Counted from the stretch's first letter, positions 53,269-63,714 are shown. The stretch: DNA of 64,000 bases from an uncultured Acidobacteriota bacterium (GCA_963793255.1 CAWBZK010000007.1:42609-106608), one strand, 5' to 3'. Made by a program: numbers and translations. The notes: generated by a model from the letters alone, not told the origin.

Positions 53269-55284
53269 ATGATTCAGCTGACCAGCCTCACGAAGTCCTT
53301 CGGCGAGCGCATCCTGCTCGATGACGTCACGTGGACCGTCTCCGACGGCGAACGCGTCGGTCTCTGTGGCCCGAACGGCGCCGGCAAGACCACCCTCCTC
53401 CGCATGCTGGCCGGACTGGACGAGGCCGACCGCGGCGCCGTCGACACGCCCGGCAGGACTCACGGTCGGCTACCTGCCGCAGGACGGTATCGAACACTCC
53501 GGCCGCTCGCTCGTCGATGAGGCCTCGCTCGGCCTTCCAGCCACTGCTCGATGCGCGCGCCGAGATCGATCGCATCGAGCACGCGCTTGCCGATCCGGCG
53601 CTGCCCGATGGCGAGCACGAGGCGCTGCTCGTTCGCTACCACGATGTCACCGAGCTGTTCCGTCAGGGCGACGGGCACAGCATCGATCTGCGCGTGACGC
53701 AGGTGCTCGAGGGCCTTGGATTCTCGCGCGCCGACTTCGACAAGCCGGTCGAAACGTTCTCGGGCGGCTGGCAGATGCGCGTCGCGCTGGCCAAATTGCT
53801 GCTGGGCCGGCCGACGCTCCTGCTGCTCGACGAGCCGACGAACCACCTCGATCTCGACGCGCGAAACTGGCTCGAAGAGTATCCTGATCGGCGTATCCCC
53901 ACACGGTGATTCTCGTCTCGCACGACCGGTTTTTTCTCGACGCGGTGGTCACGCGGATCGCGGACCTCGCGCTGCGCACGATCACCGACTACGTCGGCTC
54001 GTACTCGCGCTATCTCGTCGAGCGCGAAGCCAAGATGGAACGCCTGCGCAAGGCGAAGCAGGAGCAGGACGACGAGATCGCGCGGATGCGGGCGTTCATC
54101 GATCGGTTCCGATACCAGGCGACCAAAGCGGCGCAGGTGCAGAGCCGGATCAAGATGCTCGACAAGATCGTGCCGATCGAGGTGCCGCCCGAGCGCAAGC
54201 GCGTCCACTTCACGTTTCCGTCCTGTCCGAAGAGCGGCCGGACTGGTCCTCGAACTGACGGACTCCACAAGGCCTACGGCGACAACGTGGTCTTCGACCG
54301 CATCGGCCTGCACGTCGAGCGCGGCGACCGCATCGCGCTCGTCGCGCCCAACGGCGCGGGCAAGTCCACGCTGATGCGGATGCTCGCCGGCAGCCGAGGC
54401 GCCCGACCGCGGCACGCGGCGGGAAGGCCACCAGGTCGTCATGCAGTACTTCGCGCAGGACGAAGCGAATCGGCTGAATCCCGACGCTGACGGTCTACGA
54501 AACGATGGAAGCGGATTCGCCGGTCGGGATGGTGCCCGATCATCCGCAACATCCTCGGCGGCTTCCTGTTCTCGGGCGACGACATCTACAAGAAGGCCGG
54601 CGTGCTGTCCGGCGGCGAGCGGACGCGACTCGCCGTCGCGCGCATGCTGCTGCGACCCTCCAATACGCTGCTGCTCGACGAGCCGACCAACCATCTCGAT
54701 CTCGACTCGAAGGACGTGCTGCTCGATGCGCTCGCGGACTTCGGGGGCACGTTGATCTTCGTGTCGCACGACCGGTACTTCGTGGACAAGCTCGCGACGA
54801 AGATCATCGAGGTCGGCCACGGCACGATCGAGATGTATCCCGGGACCTACGAACAGTTCCTGTGGAGCCGGCAGGTGCGACAGACCACAGACGCGCCGCG
54901 CCGGCCACCAAGCCGACCGGTCGCCGGCCAAGGCCTCGCCCAGCCGCCCAACGCCCCAAGGCGACGGCAAACCTCAGCGGCGCCTCGCGCCAGCCGCCGG
55001 TCGAGCCACGACGAGCGACAAGAAGTCAGACGCGGCCGACCGGCGCCGGCGTCGGGATGCCGACCAGCGGGAGCGTCGGATTGCCGACCTCGAGGCCGGA
55101 TCGGCGAGCGCGAACAGACCATCAAGGAGCTTGAAACAGGATGGCGGCCCCCGGGTTCTACGACGACCGGACTGAGGCCGAGTCGGTTATTGCCCGGCAC
55201 CGGGACCTGATGTGGGAGGTCGGCGACCTGATGGGCCAATGGGAGGCGCTCCAGTCCGTCGAATCCGCTGACAAGTCCCATTGA
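53269..55284 (+). CDS. ABC-F family ATPase (multiple frameshifts)
   Basis: [27 protein letters not shown] twice, VSHDR twice, linker [18 protein letters not shown]; no TM. Confidence 0.9.
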
Positions 55285-55408
55285 TTACATTCTTGTAATA
55301 ACATCTCAGTTCTGTAATGATCCCGTAGGACTCCCCCGCACCGGATGATGCGCCGCGACACATTTTTCGCGGAAACCTGCATGGTTTGTGGGTGGGTACA
55401 GGCCTTGC
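55284..55408 (+). promoter_or_regulatory. Candidate sigma54 promoter with upstream palindromic activator site
   Basis: GGGTACAGGCCTTGC (55394-55408; GG-N10-GC), with ATTACA-N4-TGTAAT (55284-55299) about 100 bp upstream. Confidence 0.5.
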
Positions 55409-55438
55409 CTTACCTCGTCGCCGGAGCGCTCGCGCGAC

Positions 55439-56652
55439 ATGGCAATGGCTCGTTCAGCGAACACAGCAAACCCGGCACCGGTCAACCGACGAGTGGCGCG
55501 GGCCGGCCTTTCCGGCCGGCGGGAGGCATCCCCGGCCCAGGCGGCTGAGGTGCTAGGCGACCGCTTCTTCCGGCACCTGGTCCTCAATCTCCGGACCGGC
55601 GTCCTGGCGATTACGCGCAGGGCCGGCTCGCGGCGATGAACGACCTGGCCTACCGCGTGCTCGGGCTCACGGCCGCAGCCCGACGGACATCGGACGGCCG
55701 TTCACCGAAGTCCTCCAGGACTGCCCCGAGGTCTCGCGCGTCCTGCAGGAGGCGTTCGAGAGCGACGACCTGCCCAACCGCGCCGAAATGCGGCTGCGCA
55801 AGACGGGCCGCGCGATCGGCTACACGCTCTCACGCATCCACGACGACGACGGCGCGCTCGTCGGCGCGACGCTCTTCTTCAAGGACCTGACGCGCGTCGA
55901 GCAGATCGAGGAACGCGATCGGCTTCGCGACCGCCTGGCGGCGCTCGGCGAGATGGCGGCGGCGATCGCGCACGAGGTCAAGAATCCGCTCGCGAGCATC
56001 GAGGTCATGGCCGGCGTGCTCAAGCGCCAGCTCTCCGAGCAGCCCGAAGTCGCTCGAGACGCTGAACGACATCATCAAGGAAGCCAAGATGGCCAACGCC
56101 ATCGTGGTGGAAGTGCTCGAGTTCGTGCGGCCGATTCAGCTGCAGGTCGATCGCACGAGCCTGGCCGAAGTGCTCAAGGATTCGATCACGCTGGCCGAAG
56201 GCAAGCGGCGTCGCGGCGCGGTCTCGATCCGACACGGACTTCGCGGCGGACGTGCCCGAGCTGCTGGCCGACTCGCATCAGCTGCGGCAGTTGTTCTCGA
56301 ACCTGCTCGCGAACGCCTTCGAAGCGCTCGGCGGCGAAGGCCACGTGGACATCCGCATGTACGCTGCTGCCGGGCGAAGACGAGCCCGATGGGACCGGCG
56401 AGGCCGAAGCCGCCGCAGGTCGTGGTCGAAATTCGCGACAACGGCCCTGGTATCGCCGCCGACGATCTCGAGCGAATCTTCAGTCCGTTTTTCACGACGA
56501 AGCCGCAGGGCACCGGCCTCGGCCTGGCGATCGTGCGCAAGGTGGTCGACGCGCACGACGGCCGGATCGACGCGGTCTCGGCGCCCGGGCGCGGCGCGAC
56601 CTTCCGGGTCACGCTGCCGGTCGTGCCGTCTGTAGGAAGTGTGGGGAGATAG
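55439..56652 (+). CDS. Cytoplasmic PAS sensor histidine kinase (frameshifted)
   Basis: PAS-like N-terminus; LGEMAAAIAHEVKNPL, NLLANA, DNGPGI, FFTTKPQGTGLGL; no TM. Confidence 0.88.
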
Positions 56653-56657
56653 TGCAA

Positions 56658-58065
56658 ATGGGACGCATTCTGGTTGTCGACGATCACGATTCGCTCCGCA
56701 AGGGCCTGGTCCGCGCCCTGGCCAACGCCGGCCATGACGTGGAGGAGGCCGGCAACGGGACGGCCGCCATCGAGCGGCTGCAGGACAGCCAGTTCGACGT
56801 CGTGCTGACCGACCTTCGAATGGGCGGCGCCGACGGCATGGACGTCCTCCGCACGACGCGCTCGATTCAGCCGAGCGCGGCCGTGATTCTCATGACGGCG
56901 TTCGGCTCGATTCACACGGCCGTCGAGGCGATGAAGATCGGCGCCTTCGACTTCGTGCAGAAGCCGTTCGAAATCGAGGAAATGGAGCTCAAGATTGAAA
57001 AGGCGATCGAGCTCCGCCATCTGAAGTACCAGGTGGAGTACCTGCGCCACGAGCAGCAGGACCTCTACGACTTCGACCGCATCGTCGGCGCGAGCGGCGC
57101 GCTGCAGCAAGTGCTCGGCATCGTGAAGAAGGTTGCGCGCAGCAACTCGACGGTGCTGATCCGCGGCGAAACGGGCACGGGCAAGGAGCTGATCGCCGGC
57201 GCGATCCACCACAACTCGAACCGATCGGCGCGCGCGTTCGTCAAGGTCAACTGCGCGGCGCTTCAGGAGAACCTGCTCGAGTCCGAGCTCTTCGGTCACG
57301 AGAAGGGCGCGTACACGAGCGCGGACAAGCAGCGCATCGGCCGCTTCGAACAGGCGGACGGCGGCACGCTGTTCCTCGACGAAGTCGGCGACATGAGCGC
57401 GAGCACGCAGGCGAAGATTCTGCGCGTGCTTCAGGAGCACGAGTTCGAGCGCCTCGGCGGCACCCGAACGCTGCGCGTGGACGTCCGCATCATCGCGGCG
57501 ACCAACCGGAACCTCAGCCAGATGGTGCAGGACGGCCGGTTCCGCGAGGACCTGTTCTACCGGCTCAACGTCGTCTCCGTGGACATGCCGCCGCTGCGCG
57601 ATCGCAAGGACGACATCCCGGCGCTCGCCGAGTTCTTCGTGCGCCGATTCGGCGAACGAACTGAAGAAGAAGGTGGACGGCATCGACACCGACGCGCAGA
57701 AGGTGCTGATGCGCCACAACTGGCCCGGCAACATCCGCGAGCTCGAGAACGTCGTCGAACGCGCGGTGCTGCTCGCCGAGAAGCCGATGGTGGGCGTCGA
57801 AGACCTGCAGATCGGCGAGCACTCGGCGCCGTCGGCCGGCTCGGACCGCGCGCCGGTCGTCAAGATTCCGCCGACCGGCATTCCGCTCGAGGAGATCGAG
57901 CGGCAGGCGGTCGTGGAAGCGCTACGGATGTCGAACTGGGTGCAGAAGGACGCCGCGGAGCTGCTCGGTATCAGCCCGCGCGTCATGAACTACAAGATCA
58001 AGATTCTCAGTATCGAGATCCCGCGAAGCCGTCGTGTGGTGACCGAGACCGTTTCCTCGAACTAA
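56658..58065 (+). CDS. Sigma54-dependent response regulator (NtrC/AtoC family; frameshifted)
   Basis: REC (ILVVDD, TDLRM, QKPF), GETGTGKEL, ESELFGHEKGAYTSA, LFLDEVG, FREDLFYRL, WPGNIRELEN, Fis-type HTH. Confidence 0.92.
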
Positions 58066-58074
58066 CTGCCACAG

Positions 58075-58179
58075 CCAGGACTTGGAAGTACTGGGCGCCG
58101 TGAAAAATCCAAGCAACGCCTCATTCCTCAGGCGTTGCCAAGGAGAACGGCACGGCGACCCAGTACTTCCAAGTCCTGG
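58075..58179. repeat. 105-bp compound hairpin between convergent genes
   Basis: 21-bp perfect arms CCAGGACTTGGAAGTACTGGG/CCCAGTACTTCCAAGTCCTGG, then CGCCGTG/CACGGCG, a bubble, and inner GCAACGCCT/AGGCGTTGC. Confidence 0.88.
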
Positions 58180-58191
58180 TACGGTCCAATC

Positions 58192-59182
58192 CTACTCCTC
58201 CTCATCACCCTGACGATTCGCGCGCGGGTGCGTGCGTCTGTACACGGCCATGAGCCGTCCGACGTCGAGGTGCGTGTACCGCTGCGTCGTGCCGAGCCGC
58301 GCGTGTCCCAGAAGCTCCTGAATGGCGCGCAGGTCCGCGCCAGCCTGTAGCAGGTGCGTCGCGAACGTGTGCCGCAGCGCGTGCGGGCTGATGCGCCTGA
58401 TCGATCGCAGCCTCGCGGGCGTAGCGTCGGACAACCCGATCCACGCTTCGACTCGTGAGCCGGCCGCCGCGGAGATTGACGAAGAGCGGCTGACGGCGCG
58501 GACCGCGAGCGTGATGATGGCGGTCGTCGTGACGAGTCGCCGGCGGTCGGCGGACGGTCACACCAGGCCCGGATGACGATCGGGCGTCCGGCAACATGCG
58601 GCGAATCGCTTCGGCGGCGGCGCGATTGAACGGCACGAGCCGTTCCTTGCCACCCTTGCCCGCCACGCGCGCGATCCGGCTCGACAGGTTGACGTCCCCC
58701 AGGTCGAGACCGACGAGTTCGCTCAACCGCAGCCCGGACGCATAGAACAGCTCGAGGATGGCCAGATCGCGCCGTCCTGCCACGGTCGAGCGATCGGGCG
58801 CGTCGAGCAGCCGGTTCATGTCGTCAACCGGCAGGTGCGCAGGCAGGCGTTGCTCCTTGCGCGGCGTACCCACAAGCGCGGTCGGATCCTCGCCGAGCAC
58901 TTCTTCGCGCACGAGGTAACGGGCGAACGTCCGAAGGGCCGCCAACCGCCGCGCACTCGAGGCGCGGCTTATGCCGCGGTCGTGGAGGGTTCCAAGAAAG
59001 CCCCGCACCGCTTCGGTGGTGAATGCGTCAACCGGCACCTGCCCGGCCGTTGTTTTAGTGGCCGTCGCGACCGCGCGGAGAAATTGCGTGACGTCCGTGT
59101 CGTACGCACGCAACGTATGCGGCGACACGTTGCGGTTGTAGCGAAGAAACTCCAGGAATTGTCGGACGTGCGTCTTCAGCAT
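58192..59182 (-). CDS. xerC: Tyrosine recombinase XerC (frameshifted near the 3' end)
   Basis: [64 protein letters not shown]; downstream of trmFO. Confidence 0.9.
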
Positions 59183-60561
59183 GCCGGCACGGCCGCCACG
59201 GGCTCTGCCAGCCACTGGGCGAGGTCCTCGAGTGCCCGCTGGCTAGTCGCCAGCTGCCGTTCGTGACGAGCCTTTGGTGGCGTGTCGAGCGGCGGCATGA
59301 TGCCGAAGGTGATGTTCGACGGCGCGTAATGACGCGGATCGGCGTGCGAGACGTAGTAGCCCAGCGCGCCGATAGCGGTCGTACGCGGCGCGGCGATTGC
59401 CGGCAGGCCGAGCACCATCCGGGCCGCGTTCCGGCCGGCGATCAGACCGGATGCCGCGGACTCGACGTACCCTTCGACGCCCGACACCTGTCCCGCGAAA
59501 AGAAGATCGGGCCGCTTCCGGGTGCACCACGTGTCGTCCAGCACAGTCGGCGCGTTGATGTACGTGTTGCGATGGATCATTCCGAAGCGCACGAACTCGG
59601 CCGCTTCGAGGCCGGGAATCATCCGGAACACGCGCGATTGTTCGCCCCACTTCAGCTGCGTCTGAAACCCGACGAGACTGTAGTGATCGGCGGCCAGATT
59701 GTCCTGCCGGAGCTGGACGACGGCATAGGGCCATCGACCGGTGCGCGGATCGGTGAGGCCGGCCGGCTTCATCGGCCCAAACCGCAGCGTGTCGGGCCCC
59801 CGGTGCGCCATCACTTCGATGGGCAGACACCCCTCGAAGAACTGCGTGTTGTCGAAGTCGTGGACGGCCGCCTTCTCGGACGACACAATCGCATCGTGAA
59901 ACCGCCGGTATTCGTCGCGTTCGAAAGGACAGTTCAGGTAGTCGCCTTCGCCGTCGTCTCCGCAGGCCGGACCGTCGGCGGCAGGCACCTGGTCCGCACC
60001 GCGCAAACTTCGGTTCCAGCGTGAGGCTCGGAAGACCTTTGCACGATCGATCGTCTCGGCAAGGACGATGGGACTGATCGCGTCGAAGAACGCCAGGTGG
60101 TCCCGCCCGACGAACGCGGCAATGTCCGCCGAGAGCCCTTCGGACGTCAATGGTCCGGTCGCGACGATGACGGCGTCGCCGTGTGCCGGGGGCGGGATGC
60201 GCTGAATCTCGCCACGCTCGACGGTAATAAGTGGATGCTGGCCGATCGCATCGGTTACGCCCGCCGAAAACTGCTCGCGGTCGACGGCGAGCGCCGCGCC
60301 GGCAGGCACCCGGACGCTGTCAGCGACGCGCAGGACAAGCGATCCGAGGCGGCGCATCTCTTCCTTGAGCAGACCGACCGCGTTGTCGAGCTTGTCGCCC
60401 CTGAACGAATTGCTGCAGACGAGCTCCGCGAGATGATCGGTCTTGTGCACGGCCGTCGGCCGTGTGGGGCGCATTTCGTGGACCGTGACGGACACGCCCA
60501 TGGATGCCGCTTGCCAGGCCGCTTCCGAGCCGGCCAATCCTCCGCCAATGACTCGAACCAT
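59176..60561 (-). CDS. trmFO: tRNA m5U54 methyltransferase TrmFO (Gid)
   Basis: GGGLAGSEAAWQ, AELVCSNS, FFEGCLPIE, RFGPMKP, VGFQT.LKW, HRNTY, GVEGYVES. Confidence 0.96.
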   Translation of the reverse strand: MVRVIGGGLAGSEAAWQAASMGVSVTVHEMRPTRPTAVHKTDHLAELVCSNSFRGDKLDNAVGLLKEEMRRLGSLVLRVADSVRVPAGAALAVDREQFSAGVTDAIGQHPLITVERGEIQRIPPPAHGDAVIVATGPLTSEGLSADIAAFVGRDHLAFFDAISPIVLAETIDRAKVFRASRWNRSLRGADQVPAADGPACGDDGEGDYLNCPFERDEYRRFHDAIVSSEKAAVHDFDNTQFFEGCLPIEVMAHRGPDTLRFGPMKPAGLTDPRTGRWPYAVVQLRQDNLAADHYSLVGFQTQLKWGEQSRVFRMIPGLEAAEFVRFGMIHRNTYINAPTVLDDTWCTRKRPDLLFAGQVSGVEGYVESAASGLIAGRNAARMVLGLPAIAAPRTTAIGALGYYVSHADPRHYAPSNITFGIMPPLDTPPKARHERQLATSQRALEDLAQWLAEPVAAVPAC

Positions 60562-60612
60562 TCAGACGATCATAACGGTTCGAAGGTCCGATGCGGTCCG
60601 AGAGTTCGACGG

Positions 60613-61377
60613 CTACTTCAACGCCTTGGCGAGCCCTTCGCACGCTTGCAGATAGATTGTCGCGTCGACATTGACGGCCAGGTACTGGACGCCAAGATCT
60701 TTCAGCCACTTCCCCATCTCGATATCCCGGGCGTACGAGCCGACGGCGCGACCTTTCGCCCGGGCCTTCCCGGCCGCTTCCTGCAGGGCCTTCTCCACCT
60801 TCGGGCTGCGGACCTCACCCGGCACGCCGAGAGACTGCGAGATGTCGTACGGACCGAGGAAGAGCACGTCGATGCCCTCGACCGTCATGATCGAATCGAG
60901 CGCGTCGAGCCCACGACGGCCTTCGATATGCGCGACGACCATCGTCTCGGCGTTCTGTCGATCGGTGTGTCCCGCGCCCCGGTTCGCGTAGTAGTCGCCG
61001 GCGCGAGTAAAGAGTGACATCCCTCGCGCGCCCATCGGCGCGTACTTCGCCGCGTGGATGACTCGCTTCGCGTCGTCAGTGTCGTTGACCTGCGGGACTT
61101 GAACGCCGTCCGCGCCGATGTCCAGCGCCCGCAGAATCAGCCGCTCCTCGTTGTTCCCGACCCGGATGATGGCGGCGGTGCCCGACCCCTGCGCCGCGAT
61201 GACGAGATCGGTCGCCGACTCCAGCGAGATCGGTCCGTGCTCGGTGTCGATGATGCAGAAGTCCATTCCGGCGTGGCCGAGCGTCTCCACAAGGGGCGGC
61301 GACGGAATGATCACAAAGGGCCCGACGACCATCTCACCCTTCTGGAGGCGGCTTTTCAACGTACCGATTCGGGGCAT
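60613..61377 (-). CDS. HpcH/HpaI aldolase family protein
   Basis: DFCIIDTEHG, RALDIGADG..VP, KYAPMGARG, HIE, LFLGPYDIS. Confidence 0.88.
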   Translation of the reverse strand: MPRIGTLKSRLQKGEMVVGPFVIIPSPPLVETLGHAGMDFCIIDTEHGPISLESATDLVIAAQGSGTAAIIRVGNNEERLILRALDIGADGVQVPQVNDTDDAKRVIHAAKYAPMGARGMSLFTRAGDYYANRGAGHTDRQNAETMVVAHIEGRRGLDALDSIMTVEGIDVLFLGPYDISQSLGVPGEVRSPKVEKALQEAAGKARAKGRAVGSYARDIEMGKWLKDLGVQYLAVNVDATIYLQACEGLAKALK

Positions 61378-61403
61378 GGAGTCTCCGGTTACGCGTGTGG
61401 AAA

Positions 61404-61437
61404 GGGCCTGTCCCCGCTCGCAAAGTGGGACTGGCCC
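61404..61437. repeat. Short intergenic inverted repeat
   Basis: GGGCCTGTCCC-N12-GGGACTGGCCC (1 mismatch), preceded by AAA like the family A ends. Confidence 0.5.
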
Positions 61438-61444
61438 AGCTCCC

Positions 61445-63670
61445 TCACAGATCAATCGCAATCACTTCGTGTACGTCCACTGACGGCACGGTGACCGTCA
61501 GCACTCCGCCAGCCACCGACGTTCGAGGGGCAGTGCCCGCGCTCAGCAGCTGAATCTTCCCGGGACGCACGCCTGGCGCGAGGCGAATCCGGACGGTGAG
61601 TGGCCCAATCGGGACCGTCTCACGGAGCGGTCCCTTCATCATCATGGGATTCGTCAGATTGACGAGATGCACCGTCATTGCATCCCGCTGTCGCCAGGCG
61701 GTCACGTCGATGAGGCCGGGGCCGGCGACCTCCACGGGCGCCGGCTCGTTGGTCGTCCACGCCACGAGATTGCGAATCAGCTGGCCGTGGTCGGGGGACA
61801 TCACTTCCCAGAACGTGCGGCCGATATCCCACGGCACATAGGCGACGCGACTCGCTCCCATCTCCCGAAGGTAGAGCTCGCGCGTGTCGGTGCGCGGCAC
61901 GCGCGGATACACATCCTCCATCGGCAGGTCCGGGTACGACGGGATGAGTGTCAGCGGCGATGGACACGTCACGGTTGGCGTCACGTGCAACCGAAACACT
62001 CCGTTGATGATCCGCGGGGTCTCTTCCAGTCCTGCCAGCACGGGATGCCGCCGGCCCGTCGCTGGATCCGCGTCAAGACTGAGATAGGAGTTCTGCATCG
62101 GTCCGTCAACGCGTCCACCGAATGCGACACCGAACACGTCCGCCAGTCCGAAATCGTTCCTGCGTTGTCCCGCCTCGTCGTAGAGAGAGGATGCGAACGT
62201 GGCCAGCACTGAGCCGCCGCGCTCCACGTACGCACGGATCGCGGCGCATTGCGCGTCTGAAAGCGCGGCCGCGTCCGCGAGAATCAGCAGCTTGAATCCG
62301 TCGAGGCGGTCGGGTGTCAGGTAGGCCTCGTGCACCATCTCGAACGGCACGCGCGCTTCAACGAGCGCGTGATACATGCCAAGCACGTGATCGGCCGCGC
62401 GATCTCCCTGTCCAACGCCGGGATGATAGGTCTCCGTCTGGTCGGACTGCAGCAGCGCCACGCGCGCGAGCGGCCACTCGTTACGGAGATAGCGCTCGTG
62501 GGTCGCGTGCCAGCGATAGATGCGCTCCACGACGGGCAACCAGCGGCGATCGTAGAGAACACCGGAGAACTTCGTGAACCACGGCCGCATGCCGTTGGCC
62601 GTGCCCTCCGCGACCCATTGCCGAATCTCCGGCTCGCTCTGAACCGAATCCTTCCAGCGATACGGCTCCTCGAGTCCCACACTGAAGATGCCGCCGACCG
62701 GCCGTCTTCCCATGACCGAGCGGAATTCCTTGGCGGTGCGCCCGTTCACCCAGGCCGGCGTGACACCCCGGCGCGCTTGAAAATCGGCGAACTGGATTGA
62801 CGCCAGCTCGCCACCGGTCTTCAAGTCGGGCGGACCGTTCGGGATGAAGTGCGCCTCCGGGTTGACGGCGCGAATCGACGCATCCCACCGCTTCCAGAGC
62901 TCGGTGAGCCGGGCGACCCGCCACTCGAGAAACGCCCGGCGCCGCGGGTCGCGTGCGTCGATCGTGCGCGGAATCTCGCCACCAGAGGCCGTCTTGAAAT
63001 TCGCCTGACAGTGCGCGCAATAGCAGACGCCGCCTTGCGGCGCCCAGCGATTCGTGAAGATACCGTCCACACGGTACTTCGTGACGATCTCGCGATGAAC
63101 GGCGTCCATGAAATCGAAGTTGTACGGGCCAAGTGCGCACGTCACCCACAGTTCCGGATTCGCCCAATGACGTCGCGGCTGCCCGTCGGCGTCGACGGAG
63201 ATCCAGTCGGGATGCGCTGCGCGAACCTCCTCGCGGACCGCGTGCGGATCGGTGCGCGCGATGACGTGCATGTTCAGGCGCCGGCATCCGGCCACGAGCT
63301 CGCCGAACGGATCGGTCGTTCCAAGCCACGCGCTGCGATGGTGCAGCGGAATCTCGGTTGGGTAATACGCGACGATGCCGCCGGCACTGAGGCAGGCCGC
63401 ATCGGCACGGATGCGCGCGAAGTAGTCGAGCCAGAAGCCCGGATCGAAGCGTCCCGGATCGTTCTCGACGAGCGTGAGTTGGGCCCATCGCATCGGACGG
63501 TCGAACCAACCCGTGAGCGCGTCACCCGGCATCGCGGGTGGCGACGCGCCAGGGCGTTGAATGGCGCCGGGCGAGAAGTCGGCCGTCACGGCGAAGGCAC
63601 CCGCTCCCGCGGAGGCCTGCAGGAAATCGCGCCGCGTGAGGGGGTTCGCCTTTCTCGGCTTTCTCTCCAT
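61445..63670 (-). CDS. Tat-exported putative glycoside hydrolase (GHL6-like TIM barrel plus beta-galactosidase trimerisation-like domain)
   Basis: Tat motif TRRDFL; GGIVAYYPT, ARTDPH, VDGIFTN, CYCAHC, ALSDAQC..YVERGG. Confidence 0.72.
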   Translation of the reverse strand: MERKPRKANPLTRRDFLQASAGAGAFAVTADFSPGAIQRPGASPPAMPGDALTGWFDRPMRWAQLTLVENDPGRFDPGFWLDYFARIRADAACLSAGGIVAYYPTEIPLHHRSAWLGTTDPFGELVAGCRRLNMHVIARTDPHAVREEVRAAHPDWISVDADGQPRRHWANPELWVTCALGPYNFDFMDAVHREIVTKYRVDGIFTNRWAPQGGVCYCAHCQANFKTASGGEIPRTIDARDPRRRAFLEWRVARLTELWKRWDASIRAVNPEAHFIPNGPPDLKTGGELASIQFADFQARRGVTPAWVNGRTAKEFRSVMGRRPVGGIFSVGLEEPYRWKDSVQSEPEIRQWVAEGTANGMRPWFTKFSGVLYDRRWLPVVERIYRWHATHERYLRNEWPLARVALLQSDQTETYHPGVGQGDRAADHVLGMYHALVEARVPFEMVHEAYLTPDRLDGFKLLILADAAALSDAQCAAIRAYVERGGSVLATFASSLYDEAGQRRNDFGLADVFGVAFGGRVDGPMQNSYLSLDADPATGRRHPVLAGLEETPRIINGVFRLHVTPTVTCPSPLTLIPSYPDLPMEDVYPRVPRTDTRELYLREMGASRVAYVPWDIGRTFWEVMSPDHGQLIRNLVAWTTNEPAPVEVAGPGLIDVTAWRQRDAMTVHLVNLTNPMMMKGPLRETVPIGPLTVRIRLAPGVRPGKIQLLSAGTAPRTSVAGGVLTVTVPSVDVHEVIAIDL

Positions 63671-63714
63671 GGGGCGATTGTAGACGCCTTCACCCGTGCT
63701 ACCTTCCGCGAGTC

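Noticed and set aside
55788-58103. Apparent 771-aa kinase-regulator hybrid
   Set aside because: Frameshift artefact. The kinase ends at 56652 and the regulator starts at 56658 with its own SD (GGGGAG).
1600-58179. Palindromic and heptamer repeats as a CRISPR array
   Set aside because: Copies are kilobases apart, there is no repeat-spacer periodicity, and no cas genes are present.
58075-58179. Hairpin as 6S RNA, SRP RNA or a dif site
   Set aside because: Too short and too perfectly paired for 6S; lacks the SRP GGAA-tetraloop domain IV motif; does not match the 28-bp XerC/XerD dif consensus.
6895-59182. Dozens of frameshifts suggesting pseudogenes or programmed frameshifting (nrdJ, GT cluster, tamAB, pckG, accC, ABC-F, kinase, xerC)
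   Set aside because: They hit housekeeping genes indiscriminately, are single-base indels with intact motifs on both sides, and show no shared slippery site. Long-read sequencing error is the simplest explanation; read polishing would confirm it.
52597-59182. Excisionase-like HTH plus tyrosine recombinase as a prophage or integrative element
   Set aside because: The recombinase is XerC-like in its usual trmFO context, the HTH is fused to a receiver domain, and there are no att repeats, tRNA target or phage/conjugation genes.
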